Below are positions 11,220 to 23,700 of a stretch of 64,000 nucleotides of DNA, piece by piece. Each line of letters starts with the position of its first letter. The first letter of the stretch is position 1. The position numbers and the translations under genes were made by a program. Source of the DNA: Felis catus (lineage: Eukaryota); assembly GCF_018350175.1 (NCBI RefSeq), contig NC_058368.1, forward strand, positions 16,618,001 through 16,682,000. Reading direction: 5' to 3'. Below the pieces are notes generated by a model that did not search any database, was not told the origin of the DNA, and saw only the letters and a program-made list of their open reading frames with translations.

Positions 11220-11565
11220 CGGCTTCCGGTGGGAGACAGCCCAGGCCACTACCTTGTGCTTGACGTTTGGCTTCAGAGCCAGTAAATACAACTGTCTTCC
11301 AACTTCCGTCAGTTTGCCTGACCTTAAATATCTCAACCACCCCCCTATAAAAAGTTACCGAAACAATCGCAAGGACAAAGAACGCATCCTAAAAAGGTGT
11401 CTTGGATTCTTCCACTACTCTCCATCCCTACCGCTTCCCTAGCCTCAGTCAAATGTCTTTATTTAATGGTACCTCTAAACAGCTATCTGCAGTGCAAATG
11501 AATGCCTGCAGTGTTGACACGGAGGCAGGGGAATATCCTGAGGGGCTTTGGGCTTATCACATGTC
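11220..11565 (-). promoter_or_regulatory. Candidate promoter/enhancer with CArG box, E-boxes, ETS sites and TATA-like elements
   Basis: CCTAAAAAGG at 11388-11397 (perfect CC(A/T)6GG); TATTTAA on minus at 11324-11330; TATAAAAAG on plus at 11346-11354; CAACTG at 11289-11294; CGGAAG cores near 11223-11229 and 11302-11308 (minus); CAAATG near 11450 and 11495; TE-poor flanks. Confidence 0.45.
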
Positions 11566-11739
11566 GTACTTTTCAGAAAATACATTGTACGCCCTTCTCT
11601 TTTTCAAACAGTTTCTCACATAACAGACCAAAGCAGATCATCCCTGGTAGAATCCCAGACATCAGCTTTGAAAACCTTGGAGGAATTGCTTGTCCCGAAG
11701 GCACTGGCAAAGCCATCGGGCCGTGCAAAGGAGGTGATA

Positions 11740-11905
11740 CAGTGTAGGGATGAGGGGAACGGCCTCTGGAGCTGGATTGCCTGGTTTTAAGGCTGAGCGC
11801 TGCCTTTTTCCATCTGTGTGAGGCCACTTAAGTCGCTTGACTTCTATGTCTTGGCGTTCTCATCTGTAACAGAGTTAGAAGAATTAAATGAGTTTATACA
11901 AATGT
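11740..11905 (+). mobile_element. MIR fragment
   Basis: 'ctctggagctggattgcctgg...ctgtgtgagg...ttctcatctgtaa...gaattaaatgag'. Confidence 0.75.
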
Positions 11906-13399
11906 TTTAAAAAGTCTCCCTTAATTCATTCGTTTTAATGCCCTTTGAAATGAGCATCATGAACCATGCATTATCACACGACTAGGTTTTATTGCATAGG
12001 ATTTTGTACTTTCTAACCGGATTGTGACCTCTAAATCGACTATACGTTGGTTGGCAATATCCTAGAGAGATTGATCACCACAGGGATGCCAGATCTGGCC
12101 TTGCGTGTTCTGTGTATATTCCTGTGTGATCTTTTCCCAAGTGGAATACACCATGCTGTATTCATTCTTAAAGATTGACAAGCATTTTAAAATAACTCTA
12201 AAAATATTTCTAATTTAGGACCAGTTTCTTGATTTGCTTTTCTTTGACTTTCTCTACCTGTTAATTAATTAACACCTAGGCTAATATAGATTCATACTAT
12301 CTAAAAAAAATTCCCAAGGCATTTTCAACGGCCTCCAGTAATCATTGTGCAATTTTCACTCAGTATGAAATAGAGTTCAGCCAAGTAATAGTCCTTTATC
12401 CGCGAAGCCTGTTTTCTGCTGCTGTATATGGAGTTTGAATAAAGCCATCATGAATCAAAGAGGATTAAAATTAAGGATAATAGTACAGGTTTTAATTGGG
12501 TTTTTGGTGTGTATGTGTGTGTGCGTGCACGCGTGTGTGTGTGTGAGAGAACTTATGAGCCATGTATTCAGACCTAACATGAAACCAGCCAGGTACAGCA
12601 GGAGAGATGAAAACGGCGATGCCCATCACACAGAAATGTCTACTTGTCATCACTAATTATGTGCTTCGTGTTGGAAGTTTCGTTTATTCCTAGCTGACAA
12701 CTTTGGCTACTCGGGATCTGTCTGTCTCTGGCTTATGGTGTAGATTTTTAATTTTGACAAAAATCCAGCGGATGGCAGGGTAGAAAGTTTCTGATATATG
12801 AAAGAGAAATAGGACATTTAATAGCATTTATTTCTGGGGGAAATTACAAGAATTTGCATTGAATTGGAGAAAATGGCTGCAAAACAGGAAAAGCACACTG
12901 TGCTACCGAGAGCAAAAAGCACATTTAGTCCTTACACATTCATTACCCACTGAGCTCAGACGGAACACAGCTCTTTCCCCAGAACCACCTCCATGATTAG
13001 GGCTTTAGAAGGTGGTGGCACGGCAAAATAAAAAGCTGATTGGGAAAATTGCTAGTTGGTAGAATACACGTTTTAAGGTTTATTGCTCATACTGAGCTTA
13101 CATAATACCATCATTACCTCTGACTACATCTGCGTGTGTTTAGTTAGAAAAGGTCATTTAATTTCTGAATCTTCTCAAAAAAAAAAAAACCCACAAAAAC
13201 TGGCTAAAAGGATAAGATGGACAAATTTCTGAATTTGTGTCAATAGCTTTTGAAAACTGCATGCTTTCAGTTACTTTAATATGTGCATTCTCAGCTCAAA
13301 GCAAACATTTCCCGTTTCATCCTGCTTAAAAGGATATTTCATGTTGGAAATAAGCAAACAAAAACAAAACACTGCAGAAAGGCATTAGGTTTTAAATGG

Positions 13400-14040
13400 T
13401 TATTTTATAGAATAATGGTTATTTTTCTGATTGCAAAAGTGATATATGTTCGTTGTATAATACATGGAAAAAAGAGTGAACATGAGAAAATAAAAACAGC
13501 CATTAATCTACCATTAATATTTAAAGCCGATTTCTATCTTCCCATATGTGCATGTGTGTGTGTGTGTGTGTGTGTGTGATGACGGAATATGAGAATTAGT
13601 ATTTCTATGTCCTTTTATTTTACTTACATTATACAATAAAACTTTCCCACATTATATATATATGTATATATGTATCATATGCATATATGTATTTCATTAT
13701 CCATTATATTTATAGCATAGTTTGATTTACTTAGCCTTTGACTGCAATTAAAGGCATTTACGTGAAAATTTTAAAACAATATTATGACTATTGGTACACA
13801 ACTCTCTAATACATAATTTATTTTTCCAAGATAAATTCCTGAAAGTGTCAATGCACTATCAAAGTGAATGAGCATATGTAAGTCTTTCAATAACTTGCCA
13901 CTGCATTTCAGATATATTGATCAGTTTATACTACCACCAACAATGCAGGCCACAAGTTTTACCATGTCAGCCAACTATTATTGTAAAGTAAATATGTATT
14001 TTTTATGGCAAGTATTTATTTGCCAATTCGAATTAACGAA
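13400..14040 (-). mobile_element. Old L1 (L1ME-like) 3' fragment containing (GT)n at 13553-13578
   Basis: Antisense L1 3' motifs 'aaattcctgaaagtg...tcaaag' and 'cagtttatactaccaccaacaatgca'. Confidence 0.55.
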
Positions 14041-14093
14041 CACCAACATCATCTCGGGGTTTTTTTTTGTTTTGTTTTGGTCATCCCGTTTTA

Positions 14094-14314
14094 GTTTTTA
14101 ATTATTTTTAATGTTTATTTTTAGAGAGAGAAACAGAGACAGAGCATGAGCGGGGGAGGGACAGAGAGAGAGAGGGAGACACAGAATCCGAAGCAGGCTC
14201 CAGGCTCCGAGCTGTCAGCACAGAGCCCAACACAGGGCTCGAACTCAAGGACTGTGAGATCATGACCTGAGCTGAAGCTGGACGCTTAACCAACTGAGCC
14301 GCCCAGGCCCCCCC
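14094..14314 (-). mobile_element. CAN-SINE (felid type)
   Basis: Full body; TSD catcccgtttta / catctcgtttta. Confidence 0.94.
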
Positions 14315-15031
14315 CATCTCGTTTTAATTAACATTGAATTTATGTCTTCCTCTTTATCTCTCAAGCTAAGGTAACATGAAGAATGGAACGGTTCCAGGCA
14401 GTCTTGCAGAGAGTCCCGTTGAATCTTTCTTGGCACAAGTAAGATCTTTAGTAACTACTGCTGACCGTGACGTAAGGCTGCTGAACCAGCGGGGACTGGG
14501 CATACAGTGGTGATGTTGCATGGCTTTAAGGGTGGTAGGCCCCGGCTCAATGTGCCTCTGTTCACACAAAATTTTGTTCCCACAAAATTATATTCGGAGA
14601 ACTTGTAAAGTGATTGCAGATTTCTTAATCAAGTGACATTTCAAGTATCTCAAAGTAGTGCCCGAAGTAAAAGAATGAACCCTTTAAAATTTTTTTAGGA
14701 AGTCTAAGAAAAAAATCTTAATGTTACACTGAATCATCTAATGTAAGTCCTTCAAGAACATTATGATCAACCCTTTAAGGATGGCATTTTAATCAGTTTC
14801 ATTGTATAATGAGGAAAATTACATCTTTAAGTAACTTGCCCCACATCACAAAGCTACTGGGCGCTGTGTTCTCACTCTTTCTCTCTCTCTGGGTACACAC
14901 TCACGTACACACACACACACACACCCCTCTCATACATACATATATAGCACATATACATATGCATATATATTAACTCAAATATGTGTACAAATATATGTAT
15001 ATCATTGAATTGAGTGTTTGATGAGTTTGGA

Positions 15032-15086
15032 TGTGTGTGTGTGTGTGTGTGTGTGTGTTTGTGTACTAATTTTGTGTGTGTGTGTT
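15032..15086 (+). repeat. (GT)n microsatellite, interrupted
   Basis: Tandem gt units. Confidence 0.9.
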
Positions 15087-16129
15087 TAATAGAGAACAGT
15101 ATTTCAGAACTTCAGAAAAGTTCCAACGTTCATTAAAGACTGGATATAATAAAGAAGACTCGCGGCTTTTTGATTCTGTCCAATTTTCTAAGTTATCTGT
15201 GACTCACCTTCAAGATGAACTTTCTTGCCCTTTATTAATTGCAGGATAAATATATCCAGATCAAAGATGATGTGTCCTAGTGTTTCCTTGCATGTGGGAG
15301 AGTATACCCAGTAGATATTTATGCCTGGGGTCTGTCCAGTTCAGCCTCATTGTCAGTAGATGCAGACAGTTCCATTTGCATAATGAACTCTCTGAATGAT
15401 CTTTAAAGCCTCTGCCAGCAAAGATTAGAGAATAACTGCAAGGATTATTGCTACATCCCCTTCAATGGGCTCTCAGACGCTGTCCACTCTGAGTTGAATT
15501 GCTCACCCCTAATTTGAGGGCTGAGGGTTAGCGGTCTGCTAAGACTTAAGTGCCTGAGCATTGGTTATCTCACTGACTTCTGGAGAGCAGGTGGCAGGAA
15601 GTCAAGCCAGGCTGAGTAAAGAAGGGGTCTCCCATTAAACGCAACAAATTCAATTGCAACGTTTAATAAGTATTCATTCAGCACCCAAGGTTACAAAAAT
15701 CGGGCCAAGTTGTTTGGAAAGGAAAAATTGTTATAGATTGACTGAAGTACTCTTTTTTCATTGCTATTAGAACTCTCTTCGCAGTACAAACTTAATGACC
15801 CCAACGGGCATTTAAATACTAGACAGACTTAAAGGTAAATGAAATCCATTGTTTAAGAGATATTTCAAATTATAATCAAGTAACATGTGAACACAAACAT
15901 AGAGCTAAAATGCAAAGTTACAGCTTTTCTCCCTTAGAGAAAACTTCTTTGACTATTTCTATTTTAGTACTCTTGATTGTAAATCCAATAGCCCCAAGTA
16001 ATGTATTTAAACCACTAATTCTTGATTTATAATTCTTTAGCTGTCTTTATTATTTACTGTGAAAAATATTCACATGATCCCCTACAGGCATCTCTTCTCC
16101 CAATGTCTTTTTAAAATGTACATAATCTT

Positions 16130-16325
16130 GGGGCGCCTGGGTGGCTCAGTTGGTTAAGCATTCAACTTTTGATTTTGACTCAGGTCATGATCTCGTGGTT
16201 CAGGAGATTGAGCTCTGCCTCAGGATGCACAGAACCTGCTTGCGATAATCTCTCTCCCTCTCTCTCCGCCCCTCTCCTGTGCTCTCTCTCTCTCTCTCAA
16301 AATAAATAAATAAGCTTAGAAAAAT
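16130..16325 (+). mobile_element. CAN-SINE
   Basis: ggggcgcctgggtggctcag head, (CT)n, aaataaataaa tail. Confidence 0.93.
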
Positions 16326-16575
16326 AAATATGCATAGTCTCTTGATTATTATGTATAAATTTTTAAATAACCTGAATACTTAATGTGATTTAAGAACTTT
16401 AGATAGTATCTCAACTTCCTCCTGTAAAAGAAGAAATGTGGTCCATCCTAATCCCTGCCGGTCAGCCTGCGGTCTGCCGGGCTTCGCCTGTGGACCGGCG
16501 TGCTCTAGAAGCTTCACCCAGAGAAGTGAGTGAATCTTCAGTAGGTTTGTGTCAGGGTGGCATCTCGTCACTCAG

Positions 16576-16603
16576 TGGGGGTGGGGGTGGGGGTGGGGGT
16601 GGG
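16576..16603 (+). repeat. (GGGGGT)n G-quadruplex-compatible tract
   Basis: Four G5 runs plus a G3 separated by single T. Confidence 0.9.
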
Positions 16604-16754
16604 AGAGAAGAAATGATTTTCTACTTCCATCTACCTCTTCTTTCTCGACACACCATTGCTCAACTTTTCACACCTGTACTCCCAATGTCATGACCTCAAA
16701 GTTTATAACATTTATATAGTTTTTTTAGGTTTTTAAAAAGTACTTTCATAACCA

Positions 16755-16945
16755 GGAGCATATTTGCCATCTCCCTTGTGAAGGGACATTTGGCAATGAA
16801 TGAGACACGTGAATGGTGTCCCAAGGGCATCCATTGGGTAGAGGTCAGGGATGCTGCTAAATATGTGACCATGAACAGGACTGTCCACCACAGCAAAGAA
16901 TTATTGGGCCCAAATGTTAGTAGCTCTAAGTTTGGGAAACCATGG
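16755..16945 (+). mobile_element. MER20 (hAT-Charlie) DNA transposon relic
   Basis: 'gggacatttggcaatg...ggcatccattgggtagaggtcagggatgctgctaaa...aaagaattat...cccaaatgttagtag...gaaacc'. Confidence 0.85.
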
Positions 16946-19649
16946 GCTCCGTAGGCTTATTCTGAAAAATGGAAACCAAAAAAGACAATTTCGAAAATAT
17001 CATACCACAGAATCCACTGAAGAGCCAGGTAATAGCTTCTGTGTCATCCAAAGGAGAATCTTAAAAGCACCAAGGTTGAATGATATCCATTTTCTTCAAC
17101 TTCATTATTCAGTAGAAATCATGCCACATTGCTTCTTACTTGGATCAGGATTTTTTTGGTATATTTTTGTTATTCATGGAATTTCTAATGTCTTATTTTA
17201 ATCTCATGAAAGAAGAAATACATGTTTTTTGGGTTTTGTTTTTGTTTTTGTTTTTGTTTTTATTACACCGCTAGGATCATGCAGCTCCTCTGAAAATGTC
17301 AGTTTTGTGCAGACTGCTTTTCATGACTGTCGTGTAGCTGTCATATAGGGATTTTGTTTCCCCTGTCTCTTTCATGCCCCTCCCCAATCAGTTTAGATTC
17401 GGCATCTTCACACGTTAGATTTCTTTTTCATTTTGCCAATATATGTTCTCATGTAATTATGTCAAGAATGATGTAGGAGATAAAAAAGTTTGAATACCTT
17501 CACACTTAATGGTTTAGCAAAGCTATAGATCCTCAGTTTCACAGCCATGTAGCTCAAAGCTTTGGGGATGTTATTTTACTGTCATTGAGTATCCAGTGAT
17601 CCTGAAAAGAAGCTTCATGTCCGTCTCACTCTAAATCCTTTGGGAGATACACTCCCAAAACTTTTGGAGCTTCTCATAAGCCTTGGTTGAACTTGTTCAT
17701 TTAGGTTATTTTGGGGTTAAATTCACATAAAAAGGTGTTTGTATTTTTCACGTAAAACAAAATATGAAGACGGGAGCTTCTGATTTGAAGGTTCTCAGCT
17801 AGCGTTTCTGAGACCTCTAGGTCTAACCTTACGGTTGTCGGTTCACTGCAGCAACCTTAAGCATCATGACCTCCTGACAACACAAGAAAGCATGAACTTC
17901 TCCTCCTCCTCTTCTTCCTCTTCCTGCTCCTTCTCTTTTTTTTTTCTGTCGTCTTCTTCCATTTCTTAGTCTTCCTCTCTCTCCTTCTCCTCCTGTCTCT
18001 CTCTTTCTCTTAGTCAGAAAGACATTCCCTTTCTCAAAATCCCCCTTAGCCACCTTCCCCCCTTCAGTTCATTGGCCACAATTGGCAAGCATCTTTACTT
18101 GGTCATTGATCAAGTAGACAGTGTATGCTTGTCTCCTGTCATTTGGAGAGTATGGACCTTGCCTTATGTAATTTTCTCAATAATTCAGATTCCTCTGAGT
18201 AAAAAGGAACAGACTATCTATTGGGTAAATAAATGACAATATCTGTAGTATTTTGAAATTTCATCAGTAACAGCATGCATGGACTGTTTTTTTAATTTAA
18301 TAATTTAATTTAACTTAATTTAATTTCATGATTCCTTTTAATCTAAAGAGTCATTTTTATTAGCTTTGGGAAATTTTGGCTTACCATGAAGTTCCCCATA
18401 ATTTCTTTCTCCCTTCCTCAGGAACTACTAACAGAGAGGTGCTGGCCTTCCTGGACTGGTGCCTTTTGACTTTTATTGTTTTTTCTCAAATTGTTATTAT
18501 GTTTCTTTTGTAAACCATGTTCTTAAAAAGTTCTAAATTCAGTTCCATAAAGTCCCTACATTTCTCCTTTTTCAATGTAAGTTGTTTTTATGTTAGTGCA
18601 AGATCTTGAATCTGTCATGAAAGACTAATTAAGATTTTCTTAAAGTTTTATTTTCTTCTGAAATTATTATTCTTTGTTATATGTTTTGATTGACTAGCTC
18701 TTAGTCATATTTGTTCATGTTGAAGATTTTTCTCACATCTTTGGAAACATTGAAATGTGGATTCCATGGCTGCATTCTCTCCCTGCCCTCTCTGCACCCC
18801 CCATGACCCTGGCCCAGAATTCCTGGCCTCTTCTGCCCCAAATGAGAACATATATTACAAGCTCTAAGCATGACGGCAGGAAAGAACATCCAGCAGACAG
18901 TACTTCTGTACCACCACCAGAGCCAGGAGTGGGGGGGGGGGGACATCATATCCTGAAGTATCAAAACCTACTCTGAAAGTTTCATCCAATTCCAAAAGGT
19001 CACTGTGGTTCTGAAGAGAATTTCTTAACTTTAGACCAAAAATAAAAATTTATATATTGTACATGGTGTATTTGTTGGTTTGAGGAATGTTTAAAGGTTG
19101 TGAGAGATAATTCATTCAATCAGTTCCCATTTCTGCCTTACTCCCAACTGTGGCTCTTCATACTTGTTGAATCTAAGCGCCAGACTACAAAACATGGCTC
19201 CAATCTCCACTCATGACTTCTCTCCATGTTATGATTGTTACTTTCTCCACTACTATAATGTATAAATCATACCACAGTAGCCTTCTGTCTTCCTGAAATT
19301 CATCTCAATCTTGGTCCATTCGTGACCTCTTTCCCCATTCACATTTTAAAAAATTAAAGTATAGAGTCTTGTACTCTCTACTTAACATTTCAATGATTAC
19401 TGAGAACTGGGAAGACTGCTGGTTTTCTGCGGTATTGAGAAGGAAGTAAAATCAAGTTTTATTTTATTGAGTGAATATTCTGCTCAAGGGTACATCTTCC
19501 AATGTTTACATGGTCATACACGATCATAAATAGCCTCCATTTCTATTCCTTGCTCATATATCAAGTCCACATAAATCTAATCCTCACAACATTTTCCTCA
19601 CTGCATTTTGTAATATACTTACATTGTTTACACCAAGGCTGCATCTTTT

Positions 19650-19856
19650 TTTTAACATTTATTTATATTTTGAAAGACAGAGACAGAGCATGAGCAGGGA
19701 AGGAGCAGAGAGAGAGGGAGAAACAGAATCTGAAGCAGACTCCAGGCTCTGAGATATCAGCACAGAGCCCGACATGGGGCTCGAATTCAAGAACTGTGAG
19801 ATCACGACCTGAGTCAAAGTTGGACGCTTAACAGACTGAGCCACCCAAGCGCCCAG
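19650..19856 (-). mobile_element. CAN-SINE
   Basis: TSD ccaaggctgcatctttt / ccaaggctacatctttt. Confidence 0.94.
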
Positions 19857-20304
19857 CCAAGGCTACATCTTTTAGCACAGTCATGGCACATGCTATAAGC
19901 TCAGGGAACATTATCCATACTAATGGATTAATGAAGTCACATCAATCCCCAAATATTCCAGAAGATGGGCTAGTGTTAATAGTTGCTAAAAAGCAAAACA
20001 ACTTGTGAAATACTATCATGAATGTTTTTTGCAATTTGTCTGTGTGTTTTACAACTAGCAATTACTAGTATTGGTTCCCCTTCGGCCTTCCAATTATTTG
20101 TTCATATTGCGCCACAGGCCTTGATTGAGCAATCTCTCTTTGTCTTTAACCCAATACAAGCTACCTGTCTCCTAATTTGGCAAAACGTCCCCAACATTTT
20201 CCTTTTTGGGATTTCCATCACCCACTATATTAAATTCTTAACGCTTCTAGGAGAATTAAGGTGGTTCACAGTAATATTTATACCATTCAAAGAAGCGTTT
20301 TATA

Positions 20305-20520
20305 GGGGCGCCTGGGTGGCTCAGTCGGTTGGGCAGCCGACTTCGGCAAAGGTCACGATCTCACGGTCCGTGAGTTCGAGCCCCGCGTCGGGCTCTGTGC
20401 TGACAGCCTGGAGCCTGTTTCAGATTCTGTGTCTCCCTCTCTCTGACCCTCCCCCGTTGATGCTCTGTCTCTCTCTGTCTCAAAAATAAATAAACGTTAA
20501 AAAAAAATTTAACAAAAAAA
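20305..20520 (+). mobile_element. CAN-SINE (felid type, fairly young)
   Basis: CpG-rich head and B box 'gagttcgagccccgcgtcgggctc'; small internal deletions. Confidence 0.94.
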
Positions 20521-20559
20521 CCCAAGGGTTTTATAGTCAAATACTTGTATAGTTCAAAC

Positions 20560-20770
20560 AAAGACTTTGTTTTTTTCTCTACTCTGCCACTTGCTAATTG
20601 TGTGACTCTGGAAGATCAGGAAACCTCTCCAGCCTCAGTTCCCTTTCTCTGTAAAATGTGGATAAGCAACAGCACGTTATAGTACGCCATGTGCGGTGGG
20701 AGAACTGAGTGAGACGTTGGATGCAAAACACTCAGCAATTTCTTCTATATGGTTAGTGCTGAAAAAAGTT
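20560..20770 (+). mobile_element. MIR
   Basis: 'ctctgccacttgctaattgtgtgactctgg...cctcagttccctttctctgtaaaatg'. Confidence 0.8.
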
Positions 20771-23700
20771 AGAAAATTATATAGCAAATAATAAGACAGC
20801 ACAAAAAGAGGAAATTACAGTCATAACGCCTCTGGCACCAATGAGAAAAAAATTGGAGATTTAAAAGCAAGCTGGAAACATCAAGGGTCCAAATGAAATA
20901 GACACTCCCAAATTAACGATGTAATATCTGTACATGGTAAAAATTGTGTATTCAATAAATGAGGGTACATAGTATCAGTATAGACAGTAAATGCATATCA
21001 TTGGTTGAAAGTATTATCTTTGGTAAATGAGAGTAGTCATTTTCAGATGTGAACTCACTGGATTAAAAAAGCAAAATACAATTTGTATCTGCTTCCATCT
21101 GAGCCATTTCTGGTCAGTTTTATCTTTTATCTCCAGGGAACTCCTTGGGAAAACTCACACAGTATCTATGGGAGAAAGAATGCCAGTCAACAGTCCTCAA
21201 AATCTTGATTGCATATTTCAGCAGTAAAAACTTTTCAGGACCTCTCTATTTTTGTATATGTATGTTTATTTATGAAGTTTTTATATGTAATACTAAATAC
21301 TGTTCTAAAACTGTTCTAAAATTTACAAAGCCACAACATAAGGAAGTAATGAGCAAACATTATAATATACCCTCTTATATTTCAAAGCATCATTTTATAT
21401 GTAAATTCCATAACTGAAAAGGGGGAAAAAAAAACCAGATTCTCAGGGCAGACAAATTCCGATGAAGTGTTTGAACAGCCAAGGAGGCTGGTTTGACTTT
21501 CTCGAGCATCAAGTTGTATCTAATTCTGACTGTTAGAACTTGAGCCACTGAAGACTGAAGTTTATTGGAATTACAGGCAGAGGTAATCTTTTCAAATCCA
21601 TTTCATCCCTTGCCTAAAGTGGTACTTGTCAAATAATTAATTACATCAGAAGTTAAAAGACAACATAGTGGAAAATAATAGTGCTTTTGAAATTTTTCAT
21701 GTCATGCGCTCATAGAAGTGAGGTTATTTGTATAGCACATAGGAGTAAATGGCCAAGGCTCCTTGCAGCCCGAAGTAACTGGTCATAGGTCTCTGTCTCC
21801 CCTTGGCTGTACCGGTGATCTGAGGGCTGAGGTGCTAGACATAGCTGGAACTGATTTCTGGGATACCAGTGGAGACATGCTGCCTGAGACCACAGATTGC
21901 TTCCGTGAGGAAGTGATTTCTGAGTTGTGTTTTGAAAGATGTGAGTCAAAAAATGGTTCTTAGTACTTTGACATTTTCACGTACTGTGCAACCGCAGCAT
22001 TTTTAGACTTGATTATTTTGTATCTTTCTAATCCTCCCCTCCAGACTGGATGTATTCTAGAAGAGTTTGAGCCGCGTAGCCTTCCTGACACGACACCTTC
22101 TCAACTACTTTGCAAACGACTGCCAGATTTGTTCTCAAGCACTGCTTTCTTCAAGTCTCCTCATTATTTCAAAACCTCATTGACTGTGTCTCGGTGCATC
22201 AAATGCAAGTACGTAAGACTAGCTTTGACTGCTCCTCGTAACATGGGTCTATCGCCATACACACTTTTGTTTCTCAGACTTTTCATGACTTCGTATAGGT
22301 AACCATCCATTCATTTATGCACCACACAGGTATGAATGTCACATATGCACCTGCTGTTGTGTTAGGCATTAAGGATTTATGAATTAATAAGACCCGCCTT
22401 TGCTAAACTAGCAGCCAAGTGTGGGAAAATAGAAAGATTATTACATACAGCGTGATAAATGTTCTAGTCGAGTTACAAATAAAGTACAGCAGCAAGGGAT
22501 TGTTCTTTATTGGCCACTGCTCTTGTGTAAATAAGGCGATGATACAGAGGGCTTTAGTGGTGTTGGATTATTGAAATGTTTTCACGTTCCTTAAAATGTT
22601 GCCAGCGGAAGGGTTTTATTTCAGAAATGAATCTGCTCTGATAGTTTGTTTACAGGAAAAATGTGGCAGACAGTGTGATGCAGTGGAACAGGCTCTAAAG
22701 GGTCGAATTCTAAAATGTGATTTACTGACTGGGTGGTATAGAATGAATCATTTACTACTTTAGGCCTCCGTTGTCTCATTTACAAAATAAGGACTTGGCC
22801 CAAGTAATCTCTAGTGACCATTTCAATTCTGGATTAAAACGTATGGTTGTTTATTTGGCCACTATGGATTCTGCCCTCTCAGATGCCCAGATAAGAATAT
22901 TTGTAATCCGCTCCAGACAGATGGGAACTGGGATCCTCGGGTAAGAGTGGTTCTGAAACACACTTGGGCTGGGCTTCTTAACCTCATGTGTAAGGGCATC
23001 AGCTAGATATTATAGGAATTATAATATCTATATATTTATATCTATATATCTATAGCAAAGTGTCAAAGGTGCCCCTCCTTCTTCAGGTGTGGACACAGGG
23101 GGTAACAGTCTGGAGGACAAGGGGAGCAAAGTGGGCCCTGAGGTGCAAGCCTCCTAGCAGACCCTGATGATTTTCTTCAGGCTCCTGGCCAGATAAAAAG
23201 TGGCTCTCTGCTGGGGCAACTTTAAAAGGAGGATGCTCAAATGGAATTGGGATGAGTTGTATTTGTTCTTCTCTTAAAGCAGACGCTTTAAAGCTCTTGG
23301 ATATTCCACACCTGACTGAGTCTGACCTCCTGTCATTTCACTCCTTAAATCCTCTTAAAGGCCTCAACATTTTGTGTATTTTACCCATACCTTTCAAAAA
23401 TAATTTGCGTTTCCTGATGAATGTTTTAAAGGCTTTTTTTATGATTACAGTATGATTCCATAGCTAGAGTTCAGCTCTTTTACCACAATCTTTGCATGAA
23501 ATGGATGCAAGTTTGACATTTGTCTTGCACATGGACAATTAATATTCAAGAAAACTAGCGGCTCAAACCCCCCATATTTGTTGTCAAGGTGTCAGAAATT
23601 CCTTTGTCTGTAGAACTTATTCAGATTAGTTGTCTAGGTCCCAAATGCCAAGACTCTAAAATAATAAGAAAGAAAAAGAAGAAGAAGAAGAAGAAAAACA

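Noticed and set aside
11220..11565. Naming the candidate promoter as a known muscle gene such as MRLN or the SLC8A1 cardiac promoter
   Set aside because: The motif set is compatible, but I found no matching coding exon or neighbouring gene in the window, so no symbol is assigned
20022..20489. 155-aa ORF, the longest in the window
   Set aside because: The last 60 or so residues are a SINE; the rest is AT-rich with no homology I recognise
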